Of a stretch of DNA of 64,000 nucleotides, positions 1 to 12,559 are shown piece by piece. Each line of letters starts with the position of its first letter. Within the stretch, counting starts at the first letter, position 1. Below the pieces are notes generated by a model. It saw only the letters and a program-made list of their open reading frames with translations, made no database searches and was not told the origin of the DNA. The DNA comes from Macrostomum lignano (taxonomy: Eukaryota): NCBI GenBank assembly GCA_002269645.1, contig NIVC01001426.1, forward strand, positions 124,001 to 188,000, given 5' to 3'. The translations under genes were made by a program, and so were the position numbers.

Positions 1-375
1 AAGGTGAGATTTTTTGTGTGCATTCAAAATCTAGGGTGATATTTTTTGTGTGCATTCAAAATGTAGGGTGAGATTTTTTGCGTGCATTCAAAATCTAGAG
101 TGAGATTTTTTGCGTGCATTCAAAGTCTAGGGTGAGATTTTTTGCGTGCATTCAAAATCTAGGGTGAGATTTTTTGCGTGCATTCAAAGTCTAGGGTGAG
201 ATTTTTGCGCGCCTTCAAAATCTAGGTTGAGATTTTTTGCGTGCATTCAAAATCTAGGGTGAGATTTTCAGAAAGATTCCAAATCTGGTGTGATATTTTC
301 AAAATATTCAAAATCTAGGGTGAGATTTTCAAAAAGATTTAAAATTTCAAATCGATTCGAAATCTAGGGTAAGAT
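1..375. repeat. ~32-bp minisatellite (TCTAGGGTGAGATTTTTTGCGTGCATTCAAAA), degenerating rightwards; probably intronic to the BCL9-like gene
   Basis: Directly visible tandem units. Confidence 0.9.
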
Positions 376-459
376 TTGCGCAAGTCAGACTGATGATCAT
401 TTTAGTGAAATTTTTAAGTAAGAACTACACGCTAGTAATCCTAATCATTTATTTTCCAG

Positions 460-1740
460 CACCCAATGTCGCCGATGTACAATCAGCACTATCATCAGCA
501 GCAGCTTCCCTATCAGCAGCATCACCAGACTCTTCATCATCAACAATATCCCGATTATTATTCGCAACAATCTGTCAGCTGTTATCCGGGTTCGCGTTCG
601 GACTTACCAGATCTGTCGCAGCAGTTCGGCCCCAGCGATTGCGTGAGTCATTATCACTGTTTCTAAGAAAGGGGATTGTACACCTTGTATGAGCGCAGAG
701 AACGCTTGATTAGCTACTGAAGCAAAGAAAGAGTAGTAAGATAAGCGCATTCCAGAAAAATCAATGGCTCGCTAATTCACTGATTTTCCGCAGTTCGCTC
801 CGGCTTCGAATACTCGGCCATCGTATCCTCATCAGCCAGCCACCTGTCAGGCGCTTCATCCTCAGCATCACCAGTCGAGCCCGCAGCTGTACTACCCCAA
901 CCCCAGCGGCGCGCCCGCAGTTCGAGTCTTCACCAGTCACATGGCCAACGATTGCGCCCGCCAGTGCCTGAGCTCGCCAAGTTTAAAGCCGGACAAATGG
1001 CATCAGGCCTGCGTTGAACGAATGACGTCGCAGCAGCAGGCGCCGGCAGTTACGCCTGAACAGTTGCGCAAGCGGGAAGAGAAAATTCAACGAATCAAAC
1101 AGATTGGCCAGTCTGTTGGCCTGTCAGCCGCTGCCGCTGCTGTTGAACAGCCGCCACCGCCGCCCCCTCATTCAGCGGTGTCCTCTGCTGTCCAGTCTGG
1201 AGCGGCGGCCGCAGCGGCAGCGGCAGCGGTGGCAGCGGCTGGGCTGCCGCCGCCTCACAGCGCAGACCAGGCCAGGGCCCAGCAGCAGTGGAAAGACATG
1301 GTCAGGCAGCACTATATGGATAATCCTTATTTAGCTGCCACTTATCAGCAGCATCAGCAGCCGCAGTTCATGCAGCCGCCGCCCACGGCTATGATGCCGC
1401 CACCGCCTCATCATCAGCATCCTCAGCCTCATCAGATGCAGCATCCTAATTCAGCAGCAGCAGCAGCAGCCGCTGCAGCCGCTGCAGCCGCCGCGACAGC
1501 AAACTCTTCTTCCGGTAGCAACAAGCAACAGCCAGCGGCAGCTAAACGGCCCTATAATAACAATAGTAATAATAATAATATGACTAATAACAGCGGTAGC
1601 AATGCACAGCAGATGTACCCAGGCTATCACCAGCCGTATCAGCACCATCAGCAGAGGATGCTGGCTCCGCCTGGTCATCAACCTGCTCAATATGATGCTG
1701 AGCCGATGATGATGATGTACAACCCTCCGCCACCACCACC

Positions 1741-1771
<31 letters not shown>

Positions 1772-2179
1772 GCTGCCCAGCTTCCTCCTCCCGTCCCGCC
1801 GCCGCCTCCGCCTCCGGCAGCGCCGCCAGCTGTCAAGACGACAAAGCGACGCAAAAAGGAGCCGCAGGTGCCACAGCAGCCTCCGCAGTCAGTTGAGCAG
1901 CCGCCACCGCAGCCGCCATCTGTGGTGTCTGAGCCCTGCAAACTGCCTGCCGAGTCCATGCCGCCCTTCGATCACCCGAACCCGCCGCCCCCGCAGCAGC
2001 AGCAGCAGCACCAGACTACAAACTGTTCGTCTCGATCTTCCACTTTAGGCAACATCACTTCGGCTAGCTTAGCCAGCCTAGCCAAGCTGAGCAAAGATGT
2101 ACCAATGGGCGGCGGTCCGTTCCAGTCTATCAGCATGGCCCAGCCGCCTGTGGTGCACCAGCCTCCGCAGCAGCAACAG

Positions 2180-2210
<31 letters not shown>

Positions 2211-2890
2211 CACCTCAGCAGCAGCCGCCAATGGTGGTTAACAACACATTCGTTAATGCCCAAGTGAATGTCCAGCAAATGAATTATCAAACAGTTAACG
2301 GTATGGGCGCACAGGCTCATATGCAGGTGCAACAGCAGTCAACTCAGCCTCCTCAGCCGCCGCCTCATCATCATTATCATCATCATCAGCATCAGCAGCC
2401 GCCGCCCCCGCAGCATCCGACATCAACTGCCGGTGTGCAGATCTCCGCACGCAGTGCGAACACAATCCAGTACATGCCTACTAGTAGTAGTAGTGGTACC
2501 AATGCCACCGCTTCTGCTGCTGCTTCTGCTTCCGCTCCGACGGCTTCATCAGCTGCGACAGCGCAGCCTGCGGCAGCAGCGGCCGCCGCCGCAGCGGCTT
2601 CGGCAGCCGCAGCCGCTGCCACATCCTCAGCTGCCGGCGGGCCACCCTACCAGCAGCAGCAGTACCCGCAGATGTACCCTCAGCATCAGCAGCAGCCGCC
2701 AGTTTACTATCAGCAGCAGCAGTACCAGCACTACCAGCATCAGCACCTGATGTCGCAACGTCAAGTGATGATGGCTTCAGCATCATCTGCTAGTGCTCCG
2801 CCGGACTATGCTCAGCAATATCCTGACTATCTGCAGCAGCCCTACCATCCTGCCCAGCATCCGCCATCATATCCCTACCATGCCATGTAG
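460..2890 (+). CDS. BCL9: BCL9/legless-like beta-catenin/Pygopus adaptor, probably 5'-partial; exons 460(or ATG 466)-642, 794-2890
   Basis: Phase-0 GT-AG intron 643-793 extends ORF 941-2890 upstream, giving VRVFTSHMANDCARQCLSSPSLKPDKWH (HD1-like; human VYVFSTEMANKAAEAVLKGQVETIVSFH) and VTPEQLRKREEKIQRIKQIGQSV (HD2-like; Lgs LTPQQRQHREEQLAKIKKMNQFL). Also ITSASLASLAK, VNNTFVNAQVNVQQ and ANTIQYMP, which resemble motifs I recall from invertebrate BCL9; Q/P/A-rich. ttttccag acceptor at 459 implies upstream exons. Confidence 0.7.
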
Positions 2891-3847
2891 GCGTGTAGCT
2901 CTTGTTATTTTTATTAATAATTATTTTCAAACGAACAAAAACTGCAGCTGCTGGTTTTTATTAACGCGTCGTTAAGAAACTATAGTTGCTAAAAAAGTAT
3001 AATTTCGACTTTTTATTAGTGTATTTACATGATTAGGCACTTATTTGTATAGCACTATTTAAGCGTTTGAACTGTATTTTATAATCATGCTGCTTAATCG
3101 TGTTTTTGCTCTCCTCGATGCTTTTTTCATCTTTTCAATTAAAACAAACATTTTTGCCATTTATTTTTATATATTTAATTAACTACTTATCTTTTGTAGT
3201 TAATCAGTAGTATAATTTCCATTGATTGAGTGCGCGTTGTTTTTTTTAAATCAAAGCAAGGCCTGGCTTGTTTAGTTAATTTTTTATTTTAAATAATTTA
3301 ATAATGAATGAAAAACTCCCTTAACCTACTCTACTAGCAGTAGGCAAGTATAGAATTTTATGAGTAAAAAATCAAACGATTTGTAGAAAAACTGTTTTAA
3401 ATTTTTTCATTCAGTTTTAAAATAAAACAATGCTCCTACTCTGCTTATATCAGTAGTGCGATTCAGGCGTATTTATTTAAACACTATTATTCTGCAAATA
3501 ATATGCAACACATCAACGCATCCTGCTGTTTTTATTTCTATTGCATAAATTTTGTATAGAAAAAGAGTTCGCTTTGCTTTTTCTGCTTTTATTGCTTTTT
3601 ATTCGACACAAAATTCAATCTTTGTACAGTCCATTCTCCTGTACTATAAAAGCATGCATTCTTTTTTGCGTCAGCAACTGCAGCAGAGTTTTAACGTGAG
3701 TAGTATATTTATTATTATTATTATTATTAGTACTACCATTATGACAAAGGCTTATCAAAAATATATAGTTATTTAATTACTTATACATACTCATATGTCC
3801 GTTAAACGAAAAAATTAATTTGGTATAATGTCTCGATTATTCTCCGC

Positions 3848-4220
3848 CGGGGACAGGAGGGACATGTCTCCCCAGTAAAAGCTATGGGAGACATGCCAAT
3901 GAATCTTCCCCCTAACCCCACCTTGTGACTCGTTATGGAAATCAATAGTTTTGCTTCAGGGCGACAAGACAGCGCCTGTGGCGCAAAAAAAGTGCCTGCA
4001 GCGCCGAAATGAGTGCTTGTGGCGCTAAAATGAGTGCCTGCAGCTACAAAATGAGTGCCTGCGGCGCTAAAATGAGTGCCTGCGGCTACAAAATGAGTGC
4101 CTGCGGCGCTAAAATGAGTGCCTGCGGCTACAAAATGAGTGCCTGCGGCGCTAAAATGAGTGCATGCGGCGCTAAAATGATCGCTAACAACACCGATTCT
4201 GAAAAAAATAATGTACATTT
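3848..4220 (-). mobile_element. Truncated copy of the minisatellite-bearing MITE (full copy 38825-39611); 21-bp array ~3985-4185
   Basis: Both unique flanks of the 21-bp array match the reverse complement of the 38.9-39.6 kb copy; terminal inverted repeats not seen. Confidence 0.75.
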
Positions 4221-5535
4221 ACATTTACAATGTAAATAAGTCACGGGCTCGATTCCGCAAGAGATCTGACTCACTTTGGAGCTGGTGTGCAGTCACAGCC
4301 ATGAGAGCCAGACTCCAAAAGACGGGCAGAATCTCATTCCGTTAGTCAGAATGCTAAGCCCAGTTGCATGATTTAAGGTTCTTGTTCAGCTCAAAGTCAG
4401 CTCCTAGCGGTTGAGCACGATATGAGCACATGGGCTGCCGTGGCCCTGCCGTTCCAACCCCTCCTTGCCGCCTCGAACTGTTTCCAGCTGTTTTTAAAAT
4501 CTATCTATCAAGACTCTCCCCCCTTAAAAGCCTTGCTGCTTAGTCATAGCGCGTCTGCGGCACCAGTTGAAATCGGCGTCGAGTGGGGGTTGCGATCGGT
4601 GAACCCTTACAACTGACTGCCGAGTCCTTCCCCTGACTCGGCTTTGGAACAGCTGAAAATGTAAGCTGAGCTCTAGAATAAAGCCACGTGGCATTCAACC
4701 TCTCTCTCTCCCCTTCCTTCTCTCACTCGTTTTGAGCACAAGTCAACTACTGCCTGGCTCTGCATAACCTACGACATATTACTATATAGATGGCGTTCTA
4801 TATAGTAATTCTTATTCTAATACACGCCTGAGCTTGCACGAGCTGAGTGAGCTGAGCAACAAGACCATTGAGCAACATGCTCATGGTGGCCATGCTGCAC
4901 TCACTATGCTCTTATTCACTCATTCGTGTCCATTTTATAAAGTCGCAAGGAGTTTTATACAGTGTTCTACGGCTCTGGACTTGGTTGGGTGTACAACTCA
5001 CTATTCTTATCCTATGCATTTATCTGCGAAAAATTACAATTTACTATATTGTGTACTTTGAGTCAGACTGTAGGTGATGTTTTTATATTTGCATGTGCAG
5101 AACGATGCTTTTTAAAGATTTTTCTTTAGTTCTTTAACAGCTGCTTTGGCTGCTGGCGTTGCCTTTAAGATAGCGCCCCCTCTTGATGGCGCCTACAAAA
5201 TGGTGTCCACAAGATGGCGCTCACAAGATGGCGCCTACAATATGGCGCCTACAAGATGGTCACGGTGTCTGATACTGGCTTTTTTATTAAAGCTTTACCG
5301 GGTCGCCATCATAAACCCGACATATCACAAACCCGAAATGTCATAACCCCGAAAACCAAAATAGTGTTGGACATTGCTAGAACTTTCGGAGTTGTGATTT
5401 TTCGGGTTTGTGATGCCCCCCGCTTTACCCTTTAAAACTTACGTAAATCTGGAATCAGTAACTCTAGATGCCTATTTTTCAAGATCTCCTTGGCCACAGA
5501 GGGGGGTTGGCGGCGACCCCCCCCCGTCTCCTCAG

Positions 5536-5743
5536 CCAATCAGCTGCAGCCAAGTGTGTCGTCGGATTTTGGCATCTTGTGGCTACTGCTAATAGTCAGT
5601 GAGAACAATTAGACCGTGTCTATTGTGCTGGATGTGCGGGGGGGGGGGGTTGGTAGCCCCCTGTGCAGTGAGTTTAAACCGAGGAGTGGGGTAGCACCAT
5701 TTAAACCACGTCACCACAACTCGAATGTCGCGTCACTTATAAA
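5536..5743 (+). promoter_or_regulatory. Putative UPR-responsive promoter of the PDI gene: ERSE-like CCAAT-N9-CCAAG (5536-5554), UPRE CCACGTCA (5706-5713), TATAAA (5738-5743)
   Basis: Exact match to the reverse complement of UPRE TGACGTGG and one-mismatch match to ERSE CCAAT-N9-CCACG, upstream of an ER foldase. Confidence 0.5.
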
Positions 5744-5853
5744 GCGTTAATATTTTTACTGAGTTGAATATCTGCTCAAACTACCTGCTTTCTAACTGGC
5801 TGTCCAGCTTATTCGTATATTTCCATCGCAGTTAAACAAAATCGAATTTAAAT

Positions 5854-8800
5854 ATGCTGTTGGAAAATCAGTCACTGCTAGCCATCCTGCTGCTGCTGCC
5901 CATTCTGGCGCATTCCGTCAGCGCCGAGGCTCTTGACCTCGACGCGGCCAGCTTTCACAAGACTATCGACACCAACGATGGCTCCCTGGTGATGTTCTAC
6001 GCGCCCTGGTGCCCGCACTGCGTCGAGGCCAAGCCGAAGTTCAATAACGCAGCCAAGGAGGTGATGAAAGAGCCTGGCAAAGTTATGGGCATGGTCAACT
6101 GCGATGAAAAGAAGAATCAGGGTAATTTACCGTGTCATGCTTTGGCTAATAAGTTCTTTTCGTTACATATCGGTAGTTACCGTACATTGGACTTCGGGCA
6201 GTGACAAGTGCGTTCTCTCACTCCCACTCTATTCTCTGACACTTCTTCTATTTACCGTCTCTATCTACACACTCTACTCTCTCATGCTTCTACTATCTAC
6301 CTATCTGCCGTCTCTATCTACCCAATCTACTCTCTCACGCTTCTACTATCTACTTATCTGCCGTCTCTATCTACCCAATCTACTCTCTCACGCTTCTACT
6401 ATCTACTTATCTGCCGTCTCTACCTACCCAATCTACTCTCTCACGCTTCTACTATCTACCTATCTGCCGTCTCTATCTACCCAATCTACTCTCTCACGCT
6501 TCTACTATCTACTTATCTGCCGTCTCTATCTACCCAATCTACTCTCTCATGCTTCTACAAGCTAATATCTACCTATCTACTGTCTCTATCTACCAACTCT
6601 AACAATCTCACGATACTACTACACTACCGTCTCTATCTATCCACTCTACGCTCTCACCCTCACTGCCCACCAAAACCTCGCCAGACCTGTGCGCCAAAGA
6701 GAAAATCGAGGGCTATCCGACTATTAAGTTCTACAGCAAAGGCAAGCTCATCCAGGACTTTGAGGATGACAACAGCGAGAAGGCGCTCATCGAATTCATG
6801 AAGAATCCGCCAAAGGAAGGCGAGAAACGGCCGCCGTCGTCTTCGACTGGCAGCGAGAAGGACGACCAGGACTCGGAGCCCGACACCTTGTGAGTTGCTG
6901 CTCTCGTAATTGCTGTTTACGGTGTGTTACCGACATTGTCTTTGGTGTGTTACCGACACTGTCTTCCGTGTGCTACCGACATTGTCTTCGATGTGTTATC
7001 GACATTGTCGTTGGTGTGTTATCGACATTGTCGTTGGTGTGTTATCGACATTGTCTTCCGTGTTCTACCGACATTGTCTTCGATGTGTTATCGACATTGT
7101 CCTCGGTGTGTTACCGACATTGTCGTTGGTGTGTTACCGACACTGTCTTCCGTGTGCTACCGACATTGTCTTCGATGTGTTATCGACACTGTCTTTGCTG
7201 TGTTATCGACATTGTCGTTGGTGTGTTATCGACATTGTCTTCCGTGTTCTACCGACATTGTCTTCGATGTGTTATCGACATTGTCCTCGGTGTGTTACCG
7301 ACATTGTCGTTGGTGTGTTATCGACATTGTCTTCCGTGTTCTACCGACATTGTCTTCGATGTGTTATCGACATTGTCTTCGGTGTGTTACCGACATTGTC
7401 GTTGGTGTGTTATCGACATTGTCTTCCGTGTTCTACCGACATTGTCTTCGATGTGTTATCGACATTGTCTTCGGTGTATTACCGACATTGTCGTTGGTGT
7501 GTTATCGACATTGTCTTCGGTGTGTTACCGACATTGTCGTTGGTGTGTTATCGACATTGTCCTCGGTGTGTTACCGACATTGTCGTTGGTGTGTTATCGA
7601 CATTGTCTTCCGTGTTCTACCGACATTGTCTTCGATGTGTTATCGACATTGTCTTCGGTGTGTTACCGACATTGTCGTTGGTGTGTTATCGACATTGTCT
7701 TCCGTGTTCTACCGACATTGTCTTCGATGTGTTATCGACATTGTCTTCGGTGTGTTACCGACATTGTCGTTGGTGTGTTATCGACATTGTCTTCGGTGTG
7801 TTACCGACATTGTCGTTGGTGTGTTATCGACATTGTCCTCGGTGTGTTACCGACATTGTCGTTGGTGTGTTATCGACATTGTCTTCCGTGTTCTACCGAC
7901 ATTGTCTTCGATGTGTTATCGACATTGTCTTCGGTGTATTACCGACATTGTCGTTGGTGTGTTATCGACATTGTCTTCGGTGTGTTACCGACATTGTCGT
8001 TGGTGTGTTATCGACATTGTCCTCGGTGTGTTACCGACATTGTCGTTGGTGTGTTATCGACATTGTCTTCCGTGTTCTACCGACATTGTCTTCGATGTGT
8101 TATCGACATTGTCTTCGGTGTGTTACCGACATTGTCGTTGGTGTGTTATCGACATTGTCTTCCGTGTTCTACCGACATTGTCTTCGATGTGTTATCGACA
8201 TTGTCCTCGGTGTGTTACCGACATTGTCGTTGGTGTGTTATCGACATTGTCTTCGGTGTGTTACCGACATTGTCGTTGGTGTGTTATCGACATTGTCCTC
8301 GGTGTGTTACCGACATTGTCGTTGGTGTGTTATCGACATTGTCTTCGGTGTGTTACCGACATTGTCGTTGGTGTGTTATCGACATTGTCCTCGGTGTGTT
8401 ACCGACATTGTCGTTGGTGTGTTATCGACATTGTCTTCCGTGTTCTACCGACATTGTCTTCGATGTGTTATCGACATTGTCTTCGGTGTGTTACCGACAT
8501 TGTCGTTGGTGTGTTATCGACATTGTCTTCCGTGTTCTACCGACATTGTCTTCGATGTGTTATCGACATTGTCTTTGCTGTGTTATCGACATTGTCGTTG
8601 GTGTGTTATCGACATTGTCTTCCGTGTTCTACCGACATTGTCTTCGATGTGTTATCGACATTGCCCTCGGTGTGTTACCGACATTGTCGTTGGTGTGTTA
8701 TCGACATTGTCTTCCGTGTTCTACCGACATTGTCTTCGATGTGTTATCGACATTGTCCTCGGTGTGTTACCGACATTGTCGTTGGTGTGTTATCGACATT

Positions 8801-11595
8801 GTCTTCCGTGTTCTACCGACATTGTCTTCGATGTGTTATCGACATTGTCTTCGGTGTATTACCGACATTGTCGTTGGTGTGTTATCGACATTGTCTTCGA
8901 TGTGTTACCGACATTGTCGTTGGTGTGTTATCGACATTGTCTTCGGTGTGTTACCGACATTGTCGTTGGTGTGTTATCGACATTGTCTTCGGTGTATTAC
9001 CGACATTGTCTTCGGTGTATTACCGACATTGTCTTCGATGTGTTATTGACATTGTCTTTAGTGTATTACCGACATTGTCTTTAGTGTATTATCGACATTG
9101 TTTTCGGTGTATTACCGATATTGTCTTCGGTGTATTACCGACATTGTCTTAGGTGGACAGTACGTTGAAATCATTTATTAAAATAATCATAATAAATACT
9201 TGTTTTTACAATGCGCACTACTTTCAGTACTTGATCGGGACCTAGTATAGCTAGTCAGATTATTTAAATTTTTTTAATCCGTTTTAACCATCGCAGCATG
9301 GCCGGCGTGACCTACCTGGGCGCCGGCAACTACTCAGAGATCCTAAATAGCCATGAGTTCGTTCTGGTCTTTTACTATGCTCCCTGGTGCCCGCACTGCA
9401 AGGACAGCAAACCGAAGTTCGAGAAGGCGGCCAAGGATCTGGAAGCCAAACCGGTGGCAGGAAATATCTTGGCGGCGATCAACTGCGACCAGAAGGACAA
9501 CCAGAGTGAGTGGATTGTTGACATTTGGGACAAGTTCTTTGATCTCTGCCGACACTGTGTTTGTTTCTTTGATCTCTGCCGACACTGTGCTTGCTTCTTT
9601 GATCTCTGCCGACACTGTGCTTGCTTCTTTGATCTCTGCCGACACTGATGGTTCTTTGATGTTTACCGACACAGTGCTTGTTTCTTTGATCTCTGCCGAC
9701 ACTGTGCTTGCTTCTTTGATCTCTGCCGACACTGTGCTTGCTTCTTTGATCTCTGCCGACACTGTGCTTGCTTCTTTGATCTCTGCCGACACTGTGCTTG
9801 CTTCTTTGATGTTTACCGACACTGTGCTTTTTTCTTTGATCTCTGCCGACACTGTGCTTGCTTCTTTGATGTTTACCGACACTGTGCTTTTTTCTTTGAT
9901 CTCTGCCGACACTGTGCTTGCTTCTTTGATCTCTGCCGACACTGTGCTTGCTTCTTTGATCTCTGCCGACACTGTGCTTGCTTCTTTGATCTCTGCCGAC
10001 ACTGATGGCTCTTTGATGTTTAGCGACACTGTATTTGCTTCTTTGATGTTTTACCAACCACTGTCTTTAAAGTCGCCACCACTGTTACCATAACATAATA
10101 TTACAGAGCTCTGCGAAGACGAGAAAGTGGAAGGCTACCCCACTATCCGACTGATGAAGAAGCGCGAAATGTGGGCGGAGTTCGAGGACGAAATTGAGGC
10201 CAAACCGCTGTTGGATTTCATCAGCAACCCGCCTAAAGAGAAGGTGCCGCCCACTCCGGTGGAAGAAGAGAAAAAGCCGGGAGAAAGCGGCAAAGAAGAA
10301 TCGGCCGCTGGTGGGCAAGCTGAGAAGCCCGAGGACAAGATGAAGCATGTGACCTACTTGGAGGGCTCTGAGCAGTTCGACGAGTCAATCAAGTCTAACA
10401 AGTACGTCCTGGTGATGTTCTACGCGCCTTGGTGCCCGCACTGCCAGCAGGCCAAGCCCGCGTTCGACAAAGCGGCCGAAGGTCTGGTTGGAGCGCAGGG
10501 CAAAGTGTTGGCGGCCGTCAACTGCGATGTCAAGGCTAATGAGAGTGAGCTTGGGGGGTCATTGCGTGGGTGATTAGAGTAGATGAGTAGACACTCATTA
10601 GAGTAGATGAGTAGACACTCATTAGAGTAGATGAGTAGACACTCATTAGAGTAGATGAGTAGACACTCATTAGAGTAGATGAGTAGACACTCATTAGAGT
10701 AGATGAGTAGGCACTCATTAGAGTAGATGAGTAGACACTCATTAGAGTAGATGAGTAGACACTCATTAGAGTAGATGAGTAGACACTAATTAGAGTAGAT
10801 GAGTAAGCACTCATTAGAGTAGATGAGTAGACACTCAGTAGAGTAGATGAGTAGACACTCATTAGAGTAGATGAGTAGACACTCATTATAGTAGATGAGT
10901 AGACACTCATTAGAGTAGATGAGTAGACACTCAATAGAGTAGATGAGTAGACACTAATTAGAGTAGATGAGTAGACACTCAGTAGAGTAGATGAGTAGAC
11001 ACTCAGTAGAGTAGATGAGTAGACACTCAGTAGAGTAGATGAGTAGACACTTAGTAGAGTAGATGAGTAGACACTCATTAGAGTAGATAAGTAAGCACTC
11101 ATTAGAGTAGATGAGTAGACACTCATTAGAGTAGATGAGTAGACACTAATTAGAGTAGATGAGTAAGCACTCATTAGAGTAGATGAGTAGACACTCATTA
11201 GAGTAGATGAGTAGACACTCATTAGAGTAGATGAGTAGACACTCATTAGAGTAGATGAGTAGACACTAATTAGAGTAGATGAGTAAGCACTCATTAGAGT
11301 AGATGAGTAGACACTCATTAGAGTAGATGAGTAGACACTAATTAGAGTAGATGAGTAAGCACTCATTAGAGTAGATGAGTAGACACTCAGTAGAGCAGGA
11401 TTTTCAACCTTAAAAAACCTCATCTATCCCGCAGAGCTGTGCGAGGACCAGAAAGTCGAAGGCTTCCCAACCTTCATGCTGTTTAGCGACGGCAAGAAGA
11501 GCCAGGACTATGCTGAGGCGCCCATCACGGAGGCTGGCGTCAAGACTTTCATGGAAAAATTGCCCGCCGATGCTGCGGCCAAGGACGAACTTTAA
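5854..11595 (+). CDS. ER protein disulfide isomerase, three catalytic thioredoxin domains (a-a-a; TXNDC5/PDIA5-like), 426 aa; exons 5854-6121, 6685-6889, 9297-9505, 10107-10544, 11435-11595
   Basis: Signal peptide, three (F/Y)YAPWCPHC motifs, GYP/GFP cis-proline loops, C-terminal KDEL-stop; all four GT-AG introns keep frame. Confidence 0.92.
6230..6660. repeat. ~53-bp CT-rich minisatellite in PDI intron 1
   Basis: Tandem units CTACTCTCTCACGCTTCTACTATCTAC... Confidence 0.8.
6915..9150. repeat. 20-bp minisatellite (GTGTTATCGACATTGTCTTC variants) filling PDI intron 2
   Basis: Over 100 tandem units; explains the spurious 700-aa ORFs in three frames. Confidence 0.95.
9535..10040. repeat. 30-bp minisatellite (TTCTTTGATCTCTGCCGACACTGTGCTTGC) in PDI intron 3
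   Basis: Tandem units visible. Confidence 0.95.
10575..11395. repeat. 24-bp minisatellite (ATTAGAGTAGATGAGTAGACACTC) in PDI intron 4
   Basis: Tandem units visible. Confidence 0.95.
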
Positions 11596-12559
11596 TTGCT
11601 CACCAGCCAATCAGAGCGACTCTGGGGTTGAGGTTTCGAACTACCTTGACAGGGGTGGGGTCTATTGAACCAAAAGCTGTGCATTCATTAGAACACTATT
11701 GGCAAAGTTAGATTATATGGATGTCTCTTGGAAATAAATTATTCAAAGGCCGATTTTAAGCATCCAATTTTAACAATATTAACAAAAAGGAAAGTTGCTA
11801 GCATAAAACCGCATCAAGCTCATTATAAAAGTTCAAAGCGATTTAACTTAACTTTCCCCACTACTGACTGATAACCATGTTTAAACCTGTTTATTTCCAA
11901 ATCGCAATAATTCAAAATCATTTTTAGTCTTCCTGTCATTTCCGGGTTTCTCCGCTGCTCTTGCCTCTCTGACTATAAACTGCTAAGCCAGGAGGTACTG
12001 TAGCAATTTTATTGAACCCCTCTTGCCACGTGACTGGCCAGTGAGATCAAGGACGATCGAGTTCGTGTAATTGATAGCCGAAATTAACAAATAATAAATA
12101 TTAAAACTGTTTAAACTGAGTACCTGCAGATGCGACAAAGGACTCTAGTGAATAAAACACGATTGATGTTAGTGTGACTCAATTATTTGTCTTCTTTGTC
12201 ACTTGTAGGAGTATGCAATTACATTAGATCAAATTTAAAAGTTCATTTAGTGTGGCTCAAGAAAATGAATAGCGAACATCGGTCTTTATTTGGGCACCGA
12301 GGCTTGTTTTGAGTCACCCAGCTCGGCCAGGGCCGTTTCATAGCTAGTGTCGCTAGTTTCATCTTGCAAGCGCTCATATTGTTACTGATTTGTAGGTTAG
12401 AGAGAGATGGTAAGCCTTTAGCAGAATCGAGAGGACAAAGTTAATGCTCCAAAGATCTTTGTTCACCTGTCACAGTTTTTGGCCATGGACTGGGGGCAGC
12501 AATTGTCTTGAGCTCTGCCATTCTGGATTAAGTCAAGTGCTCCTAAGCTCAAACTGGCT

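Noticed and set aside
1104-2975. Short alternative-frame and antisense ORFs over BCL9, the TLRs and p23
   Set aside because: Shadow ORFs of GC-rich or low-complexity coding sequence
6915-9150. CRISPR-like appearance of palindromic repeat arrays (also the 37-, 42- and 273-bp arrays)
   Set aside because: No unique spacers, no cas genes, eukaryotic context
6890-9152. Three 700+ aa Cys-rich ORFs
   Set aside because: Stop-free translations of a 20-bp intronic satellite bounded by PDI splice sites
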